Below, piece after piece: positions 40,354-52,557 of a DNA stretch of 64,000 bases (its first letter is position 1; every line of letters starts with the position of its first letter). Source of the stretch: Zygnema circumcarinatum SAG 698-1b (Eukaryota > Plantae > Zygnematophyceae); NCBI GenBank assembly GCA_037447605.1, contig CM074807.1, positions 3,360,829 through 3,424,828 on the forward strand, written 5' to 3'. The notes below the pieces were generated by a model. It saw only the letters and a list, made by a program, of their open reading frames with translations. It did not search any database and was not told where the DNA came from. The position numbers were made by a program, and so were the translations under genes.

Positions 40354-42517
40354 CTACGAACTCATCCCTGCGATCCAGTCTGAATATCGAGCGATGAACG
40401 ACGCGATGACGCCTTCGTGAGTTGGCTCAAACTCCTCCAGCCGCACCCCTCCGCTTGCTTGCGCGTCATCTCGAGTGTGCGCCTGAAAGTCGCATGCATG
40501 CAAGGGGTCAGCTCCCGCTCCCCTCTTCCCTCTCATCTTTTCTCTCCTCTCTCCCTTCTCTTCTCATTTCTCCTCTCCTCTCTTCTCTCTTCTCTCTCCT
40601 TTCTCCCTCGCGTCTCTCCTCTCTCCTCTATCCTCTTTCCGCGCTCCTCTCTCCTCTCTCTCTCTCTATCTTCTCTCTCCTCTATCCTTTCTCCAATCCT
40701 CTCTCCTCGCGCCACTCTCCTCTCTCATCGCTCCTCTCTCCTCCCTCTCTCTCCATTGCCCTCTCTCCTTTCTCCTCTTCCCCCTCTCCAGCCCCTCCCT
40801 CCCACTCCCCCTCCCCTCCCCTGCCCCTCCCCCTTCCCCTTCCTTTCTATCTGTCCATCTCTCCCTATCTCACAGTGAGGGGAATTCAATCTGGGAATGT
40901 CAAGAGTGTGGCAGGATCGCCTAGTGACGTTATGACATCACAAGAACATTCTCATTCAAAGATTGTTCCTTTCCTTCACATGTCACGACGACGGACCTGG
41001 ACGAAAATCGGCCGTTGCTGGTTTTTCGAAATCACTGCTTTTCTCAATGCGACGAATTCGGACGAGACCGTCGTTACCTGTACGGCAAAGCCCCTCCAAA
41101 CAAAATGTGAGCAGTAAAGTCAATAATTATACTGCCAATATGAACAGTAGCGAAAGTCAAAATAACAACAAAAACAAAAAAAAGAATGCAACAAATTAAA
41201 GACAATAAACAACAACAACAACGACATGATGATACGATCCAACAATTTATTCATGTATTGTAACAGTAACCATGTGCCAACAACAACACAATGGGGGCTT
41301 GAAGACTTCGTTCCCCATATGCGATCCAAAATTGCTCGTTACGGTTTACTCCCGAACGATTCTGTCCAAGGTCAGAACGAGTAGCCAGCAACTTAAAATT
41401 CTAAAACGGGAACCTCCGTCTGAAACCTCCGCCCACTTGCAAGGCCGTGCATGCGCCGGCGATCGCGCACCTCCACAAAGAGGCGGCGGCCCGCGGCGGC
41501 GTCGGCGGTGGCGCGGTAGACCTGGAGCCGCCGGAGGAACGCGCGCAGGGCGGGTACGCCCACAGCGCGGATCTTGGCGCGGCTCAAGCGGAGGGAGAGG
41601 GAGGAGGACCCCGCCGCCTCTCCCACTCCCCTCGTCGTCTCCACGAGGGGACGGAATACGCCTCTCTCGCCCTCCTCCCTCCCTCCCACACTCCCCTCCC
41701 CTCCACTCCCCCACTCACTCTCGCCCTCTCTCGCCCTCTCTTCCTCGCTCTCCCTCACCGACTCCGCTCCATTCGCTTCGCGGTCCTGCTCAGAGGCTCT
41801 CAGCAGCACTTGAAGTATGGCGAAACGAGCCTGCACTGGACAGGACCCACCTTCCGTAAAAAAGTGTACAAAATTTCTACGGAAGCTTTCGACTACGGAA
41901 CTTCCGGCAGCGAAAAATTGATTTCATTCCTCCATCAGGGCAAAGGTTGTGCCGGCTTCTAGTGTATTGAGCACAGAGCTTTGATTCAAGAAAAAAGCAG
42001 CAGCTTTCCTGCAGTTCAGAAACACAGGCATCTTTCAAGCAGCGATCCAATTATTCACAAACTAAGTACAGTAGAACTCCAAACAACACGTCGTCCTGGT
42101 CACCTCCACAATGGTCGAGCATTTGACCTCAACAAGTTGAGAGTTTGCATGTAAAGTGAACGGCGAGAACCATTCAATAGGTGAAGGGCTTACCCGCATG
42201 TGTGCTTGCCGCCACGTGCGAGTCTCTGGAGAGTAAAACTCGAGCGCTAAAAGGCCCGCCCGCACCATGAGGAGCCAATTGACGTACATCATGTTTTCAG
42301 CAGCCTCTCCGTTGTGCCCGAACACGGACAGCACCTGTAATGAACCACGCCTTTGCACGACAAATAGGCTCACGTTACACCTTGCCATATTCTAATTTAA
42401 ATATAGTGTGAACGTGTGTGTAAGAGAGAGAAAGTGTGGGTGAGAGAGTTCAGAGAATGCACTTGAGAGAGTGAGGGATCGACTGTGTGTGTGTATACGT
42501 GTGATACGAAGAGAGAG

Positions 42518-42576
<59 letters not shown>

Positions 42577-45500
42577 TAATAATCGAGGTTGTTCCCTAGA
42601 GTGAAGAATACGAGACGGCGCGTACCAACGGGTTTGTGCATAGGAGCATGCCCACGCATTCTGCCCGGCACTCCTCATACGCCGAACTGATGGTTCCAAA
42701 CACGCTGTCCCAAGTCTGGCCCGGGAGGTAGCACGCCACCGGAACTTGGCCCGTGTACGGATGCCTCACCTGACCACAAGGGCTCTAGGGTTAGGGTTTT
42801 GGGGCCTTCAAAAGCATAAATAGATCACAATTTGCCAACACTTTGCTTTATGTGGGTGGAAGTAGGGCAGAGGATTGCACCCCCTGCCGGTCGTAGTTGA
42901 AGGACCCGTCCTTAGAGAGCATGAAGAGCTTGCCCGAGCCATGGCCGAAGAGCTCGTGGCAGCACACTTGCATTTCAAACGCTTTGGATTGGAGGGACTT
43001 GAAGAGCGTCTGGTCCTCCTCTGCTATGAGAGAGACCTGCTCGGAAACCACGCAACTTGCCTTTAGGTCGCTGAAAGCTGCACGAATTGTTTCCGTCTTG
43101 GAGGGAAGGGTCCTATGGCACCTAGGAGATAAGGGTGAGGGGCGAGGGGGGAGAGAGAGGGGGGAAGAAGGGAAAAGGGGGGAGGGGAGAAGTGGAGAAG
43201 GAGGAAAATTCTAGGATGTGGTGATCAGCGGAGGGACAGGGAAGGGAAGAAGAAGTGGGCGTGGGGAAGGTGGGATTGTCAAGGAAGGGAGACTGAAGGG
43301 GAGGAAAGATAGGACGGAAAGGGGCGAGAAGGGAGGGAGACGGAGGGGCAGGGATAAGGGAGGGGAGGGGGAGGGGGAGGGGAGGGGGAGGGGAGGGGGA
43401 GGGGGAGGGGGAGGGGAGGAGGAGGGGGAGGGGGAGGGGGAGGGGGAGGGGGAGGGGGAGGGGGGAGACGGAGGGGCAGGGATAAGGGAGGGGAGGCGAA
43501 GGGGAAGAGGGAGGGAAGGGGGAGGGGGAGGGGGAGGGAGAGCGAGGGGGAGGGGGAGGGGGAGGGGGAGGGGGAGGGGGACGGGGAGGGGGGGAAGGGA
43601 GAGGGGGAGGAGGGAGGGAGGGAGAGGGGGTGGGGGAGGGGGAGGGGGAGGGGGAGGGTGAGGTCGACGGGGAGAGGGAGGGGAATAGTGAGGAAGGGAG
43701 CGGAGCGGAGGCGAGGGGAGGATGCAGCAAATTTGTGGTCCGAACTGCTTAGAATATGAACAGAATAATTCTGAAACTTTATCATGACTTCTGTGAACGA
43801 GTCGCGCACCTGTTCCCCAGTGTCTACCGCCGAGAGAACATTGCCAAGTGCAAAATTCTTGAATCCTTCCGTCTGCAGCAAAGCATCCCAAGGAACGAAT
43901 CATCGTTTGTCATGCAATGGTGATTTTCTCTCTGTTAGCTGAAGGCAAGCACGACCTACAAACGAAGGAATTTACCTGTCTAACGTCCTCGTAGTTTGGC
44001 ATGTTGATTCCTGCAGGTATGCCACTCGATGCGAAGGTGATGACCTGTTCGTATCATCGATGGGCCAAAGCTTGGTCTGTGGGTGAGCGTGAGACACTTG
44101 TTCGTTGAGCAATAAATAATGTTTGGTAAAAACTGTATGGACGACCAAAAAACGCACTGCACTTTGTGCTTTATCCTTATAAAGTAGGCCGTGGTGGTTA
44201 AGGTGTTACCTTGACCTTTAAACTTAAACCTTGCCTTGACTAGACTCGTTTAGCTGACTAGCAACGCAATTTTCTCACTTCAAGACAAGTAAAGTTCGGG
44301 CTGTGGAGGACGTCCTTTTCAAACTCTCGGGGCCATGGAAGTGTATCCAACAACGCTGCTCCGACTGCCACTAAGGCAGCGAACTTGGCACTCCTCTCCT
44401 GCTTTCCGCCATTGAAACATGAAGCTCCACTTCATGCTACTTTCTTGAACATTAAACCTTAACCCCATAAAGTCAACATAGGTCATGTATTGACTATACA
44501 TTGACACAGGACTTTCGAGATGGCACTCTCGGAGTCAAGCCTTTGGATTTGGTACGCCTAACAGCTGCAAACTGTGGTAATGCATTTCACATTTCGACGA
44601 AACGCGAAAGAGAATAGGCACGATATAGCAATGACTGTTGGAAAGAAGCGAGTGATGGTATCAAATGAGTGCTCATGTGGGTGATCCTTTAGGTGAGGAG
44701 GATCATCCAATCGGAAAAGCATAAACTAGGAGGAGAAACAAACCCACTTGGTTTACCACTGCTACCAGTCCTTCAAACTCGGCTCGACTTCCCATTGGAT
44801 CTCGGTACGTCTCAATGAAGCTGCAAGAGCACACAAAACTGAATAAAACATCGAAAGTTGTGAGAATTCGATTGAGAAAAGTAAAGTTCTGAATAAAGAA
44901 AGAGAGGCTTCCACCTCCAACATTACTTTGCGCATTGTTGCTAAGTGTACAGAGTACATATTCGCGCATGCATCTAGCCTTCACACATTTATGAAGTGCA
45001 TGCGCTGGTTGCCTGATCGGATACCTTTTTCGATTTGAACGGAACGTCAAGAGCGAACCTCATACTTCAGGCTCTCCACTATCACTATTTTATTTATTTA
45101 TTTATTTATTATTATTATTTTTTTTTAATTTTTTGTTATTTTTTTAAATATATTTTTTATTTATTTATTTATTCATTTATTCATTTTTATTTATTTTTGC
45201 TTCTTTATTTTTTTTAAAATTTTTTGGAGAACTATATACGGCCCCCCTTTTTGGCTATCCCGCCCCTGTTTTTTGAAAATCCCACTCTCCCATTTTGGCT
45301 ATTCCGCCCCCTCCCATTTTGGGGTATCCCGCCCCCTACTTTGGACATTCCCCCCTTGTTTTCTCCTTCTCACACATCAGCGCAACGTCCGTAAAGACAT
45401 TCGCAAAGAGAGAGCAGAGCAGAGAAGAGAGGGAGAGAGAGAGCTCTCTCTCTCTCTCTCGCCCTCTCTTCTCGGCTCTCTCTCTCTTCCTCTCTCTCTT

Positions 45501-48500
45501 CCTCTCTCTCTGTCTCTTGAAGAGCAGAGGAGAGAGAATGAGCAGAGGAGAGAGAGACTAGAGGTGAGAGCAGAGTGAGAGCCGAGGAGAGAGAGTATAG
45601 AGGAGAGAGGGAATGAGAGAGCAAAGGAATGAGAGCAGAGGACAGAGAGCAGAGGAGAGAGAGAATAGAGGAGAGAGCAGAGGAGAGAGAGAGAGCAGAG
45701 GAGTGAGACTAGAGGAGAGAGCAGAGGAGAGAGCAAAGGAGCGACAGAGAATGAGCAGAATCTCCTCCCGAAATATCCAAAAAGGGGGGATAACCAAAAT
45801 GGGAGGGGGGCGGAATAGCCAAAATGGGAGTGCGGGATTTCAAAAAAACAGGGGCGGGGTAATAAAAAAGGGGGGCGGTATATAGTTCTCCTTTTTTTTT
45901 TTAATTTAAAAAAAAATTCTTATTTTTTATTTTTTATTTAGTTTTATTTTTTTTCACTTCCCCTCACCTCGCCTTTGCTTCCCTCCCTCTTCTTTCCCTC
46001 CCATCCCCTTTCCCTTCCCCTCCTCCCTCGGCCTCCCGCACATCCCCATCCCTTCTCCTTCACTGCAGCTGCCCTCTCCTACCCTGCCCTGTCCTGGCCT
46101 GCCCCTGCTCTCATTCCACCCCTCCCTTTCACTTCCTTCCCAATCCCTTCCAATCATCCCCTCGCCTCCTCCTCTCCTTTCCAATGCCTCTTTCTTTCAC
46201 TACCCGTTCCCTCCCCTTCCCTTCCCATCCCCTCCCCTCCCTTTCACTCCCCGTGCACTCCTTTTTCCATCTCCTACCCTAATCTCTCCCACTGCCATCC
46301 CTCCCCTCAACCTTACCCCCTCCCCCCTTTCCTCCTCCCTCCCTCCTTGTATTCTCTTCCCCCTCCTTCCCCTCCCTCCTCTCTTTATTTTCCCCTCTCC
46401 CCCCCTCTTGCCTCCACTCCCCTACCTCCCCGCCCCCTCTCCTCCTCCTCCTCTCCCTACCCGTCCCCTTCCCTCACTTCCCCTCCCTTCGGCCTGTCGA
46501 CCAGTTCATTCTCCTTTCCTCCCCAGAAAAGGGGAAGACAAGGTACAATATCAGAAAGGTTAAGAATGAAAGAGGATACAGTAGTCTCATCAACTTGTGT
46601 ACGATCTGCAGTCATCTTACCCAATGTTGGTTTCCACTATAGGCGACCGGTCTCGGATCCAATACCGCTGGGAATTCTTGTGCGCCTGTATAGATCCCGT
46701 TTCAAAACATCTAATGTACCTGTTCACATTACATAAAATTCGTGAAAGTGACAGGAGGATGAATTGGATATGGAGGGAATGGCTAAAATTCTGGACAGGG
46801 AGAGGGAGCGAGAGAAACGGGAAGTGAGGGCGAGTTGTAGACAAACATGGAGGTTATGGAAGAGGTGTGGGAGGAATCATAGGGCTATGCATGCGATTGA
46901 AGTGGTGATGGCGGGAGGAGAGAGAGGAGTAGGGGGGGAGAGAGGTGTACTCGGATATCATGGCGGTCTGGTTTGCATTGGCGGCATAGAGGCGAGCCTT
47001 CTCTAAGTGCTGCACAACCTCCCTCAGCTCCACCTGGTGGTCTCCGTAGACAATGTGAATCTTGCACGAACCCTTCCTCCATTCAAAATTTCCCCACTCT
47101 CCCACGAACCCAAGTTAATAAGCAGCCTTTGAAGCTTCAAATTTATGTCTTGCAATTGATCTTTTGACGGTGACTCGATACCTGCAACTCTGTAAGTCAA
47201 GACATAGAAGACAGCAATTTCTTTGAAGACAAAAGGCCCACGAATTCACTCCCTATCAGCATTCACTCCGATGTGCGCATAACTCTATAAGTTGTGTTCA
47301 GCTGAGCAGTTCTTGCAATAAAAGAACCAAAGTGATCGGCTGCGCAAATCCTCAGCTGAAAAAGGTGCAGAGCAAGAGAGACGGGGGAAGTGAGAGAGGA
47401 AGAGAGAGGGGTAGAGGCACACCTTGTGTGTGTTAGTCTCAGTGGGGAGCGTCTGCGCGGAGGCTACTCGCAGCTCATACTCTGCAAGGGCTGAACACTC
47501 TGTTTCGAAAGAGGGAGTGGGAGAGACACGGAACAGTCGTGTGTTCCACGTTTCCATTCCCTCTTGCTGCATCCAATCCTGCGACCAAAGCACCTCCACC
47601 CGTTTTGATTTTTCAATGTTTTGGAGACATATGTGGTAGTCAAATTTAGCTAGTTACTGTCAAATTTGCAAACGGCTAGTGCCAATGCAAGAATATGGTC
47701 ATAACAATGACTGCCAGCCCTTTCCGGGAGAAAGAGGGAGAGAAGGTGAAGGGAGAGAGGACACAAGAGAAAGAGGAGAGAGAGGAAAGGGGAGGAGAAG
47801 GGAGGAGAGGGAGTAAGGAGGGATGGAAGAGGAAAAGCACTGCGAGGGATTGAGGAGAGGGCTGCACGAGGGACAGAGGAGAGGAGATGAAGGAGAGACT
47901 ACAGAGAGAAAAGAGAGAAAGTAGAGGAGAAACGAGGGACAGGGAGGAGCGGGAGACGAGAGAGCGAGAGATAGAGAGGAGCTCGAGAGAAGCGGGAGAG
48001 AACAAAGAGGAAGAGAGGAGAGGGAACGAGCGAATGAGAACGGAGAGGGGAAGCGACTAGAAGAGGACAAAGTACAAAGAAGCGGAGTGACAAGTGGGAA
48101 AGACAAGGGACAGAAGAGAGGGGAGAGGGACAAGAAAAGCGTGAATGAGTAGAGGAAAGGAGAAAGCAGGGAACAGACCGAGGGGAGGGAGAGCAGAGGG
48201 ACAGAGGGCAGAAGATGGTCAGGGTTTGATGAGAACAGGAATAGACAAGAGTAGAGGGAGAGAAGAGAAGAGAGGGCATGAAGAAAGAACAGGAAGTAAA
48301 AAGAGAGGAGAACAGGCGGAGAACAGTGGAAGAAAAATAGGGGGGGAGAGAGCGGGGAGATGCAAAAAACGATGAGGAAGAGGGAAAAAGACGAGAGGAA
48401 AGGGAGAAGTGGAGTGCCTGCACGAGGTCAATCTCGGCAGCGGTAATCCCCCGCGAGTAGTATCCACAGACTCCCCGAGGATGGAGGCCCAACTGCCGCT

Positions 48501-50338
48501 CACCTGTCACCCTCCGTGTGCCGCGCTCTGCTTCAATTCCCTCCCTCTCCCCCATCCTCACCAACGCCCCTCAACCTCCCCCCTCCCCCAAACACCCTCC
48601 CCAACCAACTTCTCCTCTCCCACCTTCCCCAACCCCAAACCCCACTCCCGCCTACTCCCTCCCCCTCCCCCCCTTCCCCCTCCTCCCTCCACCCTCCCCA
48701 ATACCCTTTCCCCATTTCCCTCTCCCCTAATCCCTGACCCACTCCCCCCCCCTCCCCCTATCACACCCTCAACAAGTATTTAACCCCTCCCACTGCCTTC
48801 TCGCTCGCCATTTACCCCCTACCCACTCTTCCTCCGCCTCCCCCATAATCACCCACACCATTCTTCCCCCCCTCCCCCTCTCCTCCCCACTGTCCCAACC
48901 AAACCTCCACCCCTCGCCCCCCCCCCCTTTCCCCGTTCTCCGATTCCCTCTTCTCCCGCCTCAACCCTGCCCCCCCAGAACTCTGCCCTCCCCTCTCCAC
49001 CATCCCCCACCCCTCTCTCCAGTCCCCCCCTCCTCGCACATCCATTCCCCACTCCCACCTCCCGGCTTTCCCACTCTCCCCCTCCGAACTTCCCCCGTCC
49101 CCAGTTCCCCCTCCCACATCCCCCCTCCCCCCCTCTCCCTTCCCCCCTCCCCCCTCTCCCCACTCCCCTGTCACCTCTTCTCTCTCCCCCCACACCCGCC
49201 CCACCCTTTCCCCTCCCCCCAACTTCCCTCCCTTCCAACTCGTCCCTCCTCTTCTCCATTCCCCTCTCCCCCCCCTACCACTCAACTCCTATCCTTGACC
49301 CAACTCTAGCAAAGCAGGTACCGCAAGTTCAAAGCACGTGGCAGATCTGGAAAATAGTGTTCTGTCACCTGCTATTTTCCTTTTATTGCTATGTTATGTT
49401 GTTTTGTTATGAGCAGACATGCTGTACCCGGATGAAGCGAATACACGGCTTCTTGCACTCCCTTCCATAACCTCTCCAGTGACTTCCGCCTGCTACCCTG
49501 TATCCCTCCCTCCCCCCTCCCCCCACATCTTTCCCCCTCTTATCTGCTCACAATTTCGTGGTTCCATCAAACAACCATTCCAGGAACTCTCTCCCACCCC
49601 TTATCAATATGAAAACAAGGGAAGAATTGAAAGATTAGGATGAAATTCCGCACCTTTAGGGCACAGCTTTCAATGACTTTGCCAAAATCTTCGGCCGAGA
49701 TCCCCGGCACGATCTTGCAGTCCCCAAAGCTGAGGTAGTTTCCTGCAGGACAGAGAAAGTGAGAGAGAGAGAGGCGCCCTCCCGCCAACACAACTACCAC
49801 ACAGATCGCTCCCACACACTCACCCTCCCACACTCCCACTCCCACTCCCACTCCCACTCCCACTCCCACTCCCACTCCCACCCGAACAAGGCCCCTCCCA
49901 TGCCTCCCATCTCCCAAAAAGGCAGCATCTTGTTGCTCCTCTCTCACCTAAGTTGGCAAGAAAGCAGGCGGAGTAGGAGAGGAGGTAGCGCCAGTTGGTG
50001 GGAGAGACGCTCCTTGAGGCGGAGGCCTCCCTGAGGGAGGGGAGGGGCTGAGCGGAGAATAGAAGCAGGAGCAGTTGCAGAATGGCGGGGCTCTCCTGCA
50101 CATACGTCCGCCATGGCCGGCTTCAACAGACCACTCACTCACTCCCTCCCTCTCTCCTCCCTAATTTCTCTTCCTCCCTCTCCCTCACCTCTTCGAAGTT
50201 CTTACCCTATCTCACATTTCACTGGCCCCGCCATGGCCGGCGCTTTCGGAAGCTCCCAAACCCTTGTCAGAATCCAACCACCGGTGAGGGAGGGAGAGGG
50301 AGAGACTCCCTAAGCGATTGGTCTCTCCCTCTCTCTCT

Positions 50339-50380
<42 letters not shown>

Positions 50381-50785
50381 GAGTGCAGCAGACCAGACCC
50401 ATCATCTGTGGTAGTGGAATGGGGGGGTGGGGTGTGCCCTTACCTCCGAGCTCTGACGTGCGCATATCCTCGCCCCCGTCCACGAGGCCGCAGAGAAGTG
50501 GTGCACGTAGCGGCGCTCTCTCTCTGAGAGGTGCGCCCAGGCTTGGCGGCAGTCCAAACGGCACACCGGAAGGTATAGGGGCACCACGTGGGCGCGCCGC
50601 TCCTTCCGAAGGGGGGTGCGCGAAGGACCGTCCGACTCGTTCACTCCATCTCCAACGCTCTCTCTCTCTCCCTCTCGTACTCTCTCTTCCTCACCCTCTC
50701 CCACTCCCTCCCTCTCCTCCTCTCCCTCTCCAACCTCATCCGGCCGCCGCCTCTTCTGCAGACGGTGCAAGGAGGGGAGCTCCAT
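40354..50785 (-). CDS. DPP3: Dipeptidyl peptidase III (peptidase M49, animal/fungal type), copy A, 18 exons, ~823 aa
   Basis: Exons 50444-50785, 49948-50095, 49654-49742, 49428-49497, 48418-48503, 47423-47578, 46951-47096, 46621-46719, 44748-44820, 44279-44398, 43976-44044, 43810-43872, 42881-43036, 42626-42769, 42194-42334, 41471-41830, 40997-41077 and 40354-40482 total 2472 nt in frame. Motifs LDC, GNYLSFGD, NTRLF, GFIETYRDP.GSRAEFEG, SGIPAGIN.PNY, HELFGH (42941-42958), EECRAE and QAHM. The start codon and the exon 7 acceptor are uncertain. Confidence 0.93.
45226..45891. mobile_element. MITE-like element (~666 bp, ~120-bp imperfect TIRs) in DPP3 copy A intron 8
   Basis: Termini GGAGAACTATATAC...GTATATAGTTCTCC; the arms continue as inverted ggctattccgcccc/ggggcggaatagcc. 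The interior is GA/CT microsatellite and the flanks are poly-T, so no TSD can be resolved. Confidence 0.75.
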
Positions 50786-51241
50786 TTCGGGGGAATGTAG
50801 AGGGAGGGAGATCTGAGGAAATTCGGGGGGGGGGGNNNNNNNNNNGGAGGGAGGTAGGGAGGGAGGAAGGGAGGAAAGGAAAGAGGGAGGGAGGGAGGGA
50901 GGGTAGAGGGAGGGAGGGAGGGAGGGAGAGCGAGAGAGGGCGGCAGGGCAGAGGGTGGCGGGGGAGGGCGAAGGCGGCGGCGGCAAAAAGTGAAGGATCG
51001 CAAAAAGTGCAGGTCTCGGCGCGCAATGGGAGCTCGGCGTCGCACGCGCATCCAATCGGCGGCGAGAAAACGATTCGTGGCGGAGCGCGCCCGCGGACGG
51101 AGAGGCCAAAAGTCGCCCGCGCCAAGGACGAATATCTGACGGGCTGATGCCACGTGGCGCATCCAGCGCGATCGGATCTGTACATCTTTTTTACTGTACT
51201 TCTAGGCTCTTCTACTGGCTGATTAAGGACCAGTTGATTTA

Positions 51242-52557
51242 GGGAAGTGCTATTCACAGAGTCCTTTTTCTGAATGTAGTCACTTTTTCGACGGGCAGCT
51301 CGTACAAAGGATATTTTCTGCGAAAAATGCTGTTTCATACTTTTCAGAATAGATACAGTATAGACCTTATTTCGACTGTGTACGGATGGTGATTTGAATG
51401 TACGAAGCGCGCGCGTCTACAAGATATAAGGGCGCAACACGATGATTGATCGCGGCAACATCTGACGTGACAAGTATGTTTGGGACCGTGACGTGACGAA
51501 ACGAGACGCGACAAAAGTGGAGTCCGCGGATGGTAGTCGGAAATGGCGGGAAAAAAACTGACAGACTTTTAAAACTCATTTTAGGGTTTTTGAGTGCGTC
51601 TGCCGCACCTCCTTTGTACAGCACCTCTTTTGTGCACTTCGAGCAAGGCAGCAAGAGATAGAGTTCGTTCACCATTGCCTCAATGGCACTGCTGCCCTTT
51701 AACTCTTCCGTTCGAGCAGCCGCAAGCTCATTATAGATGTCTTTTGCTGTGGAGTGGCTATTTGCAAACTCCTTATGAAGGATACAGATAATATCCTTTG
51801 GCTCCAAGCCTAACCCAGCTAGCTCTCGCACTTTCGCCTTTTCTAACTTGCCTAAGCGACGAGTGATTGAATGGCCTGCCAGGTTCAAAGCCACCTTGTG
51901 GTTGTGATTGCCGGAGATTTCCTGATCTGCCCACAAACCCGTCACGGAGGTGCAAGCGATCTGAAACTTACAGCCTGTTTTCACGTCGTCCTTTGGCGTG
52001 TTCCATCTGCCAGGTTTAGTGCATTTCTATACTCCCCACCTCGATCACAGTTGAACACCACCCGTTTCATCATACTACTCGTGATGGTGAGGACAACTCC
52101 TTCCTGTATATACCTCTTCCTGACATCTTCAATGAACTCCTCCCGCGTAACGAACTCCATATCCTGCTGCCTTGCGCGAACTGTACAAGGGAGGTGCGGC
52201 AGACACACTCAAACACCCTAAAATGAGTTTTAAAAGTCTGTCAGATTTTTTCCCGCCATTTCCGACTGCCGTCCGCGGACTCCACTTTTGTCGCGTCTCG
52301 TTTCATCACGTCACGGTCCCAAACATACTTGTCACGTCATATGTTGCCGCGACCAATCATCGTGTTGCGCCCTTATACCTTGTAGACGCGCGCGCTTCGT
52401 ACATTCAAATCATAATCCGTACACCCGACGAAAAAAGGTCTGTATCTATTCTGAAAATTATGAAACAGCATTTTTCGCAAAAACTTATCCTTTGTACGAG
52501 CTGCCCGGCGAAAAAGTGATTACATTCAGAAAAAGGATACTGTCAATAGCACTTCCC
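51242..52557 (-). mobile_element. Non-autonomous Mutator-like element (MULE) with ~380-bp TIRs and a frameshifted FAR1-type transposase fragment
   Basis: Termini GGGAAGTGCTATT...AATAGCACTTCCC; flanks ttgattta/ttcattta (7/8 match, putative TSD). The interior reads FNCDRGGEYR..RQRTT / KTGCKFQI..W..GNHNH..RRL..KDIYN across two frames. Confidence 0.85.

Noticed and set aside
43122-43903. Pro-rich or Gly-rich extensin-like ORFs here and at 2310-3154, 45975-46736 and 55320-57326
   Set aside because: They are translations of C/T- or G/A-rich intron sequence of mapped genes.
49280-49372. Possible extra DPP3 exon (AG...GT flanked; 9-nt indel between copies)
   Set aside because: The flanking exons already join in phase (..YSLHPG|ERQLGL..) and match the family without it.
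40354-50785. Plant Nudix hydrolase 3 / Nudix-DPP III fusion
   Set aside because: No Nudix box is present and the zinc motif is a hexapeptide.
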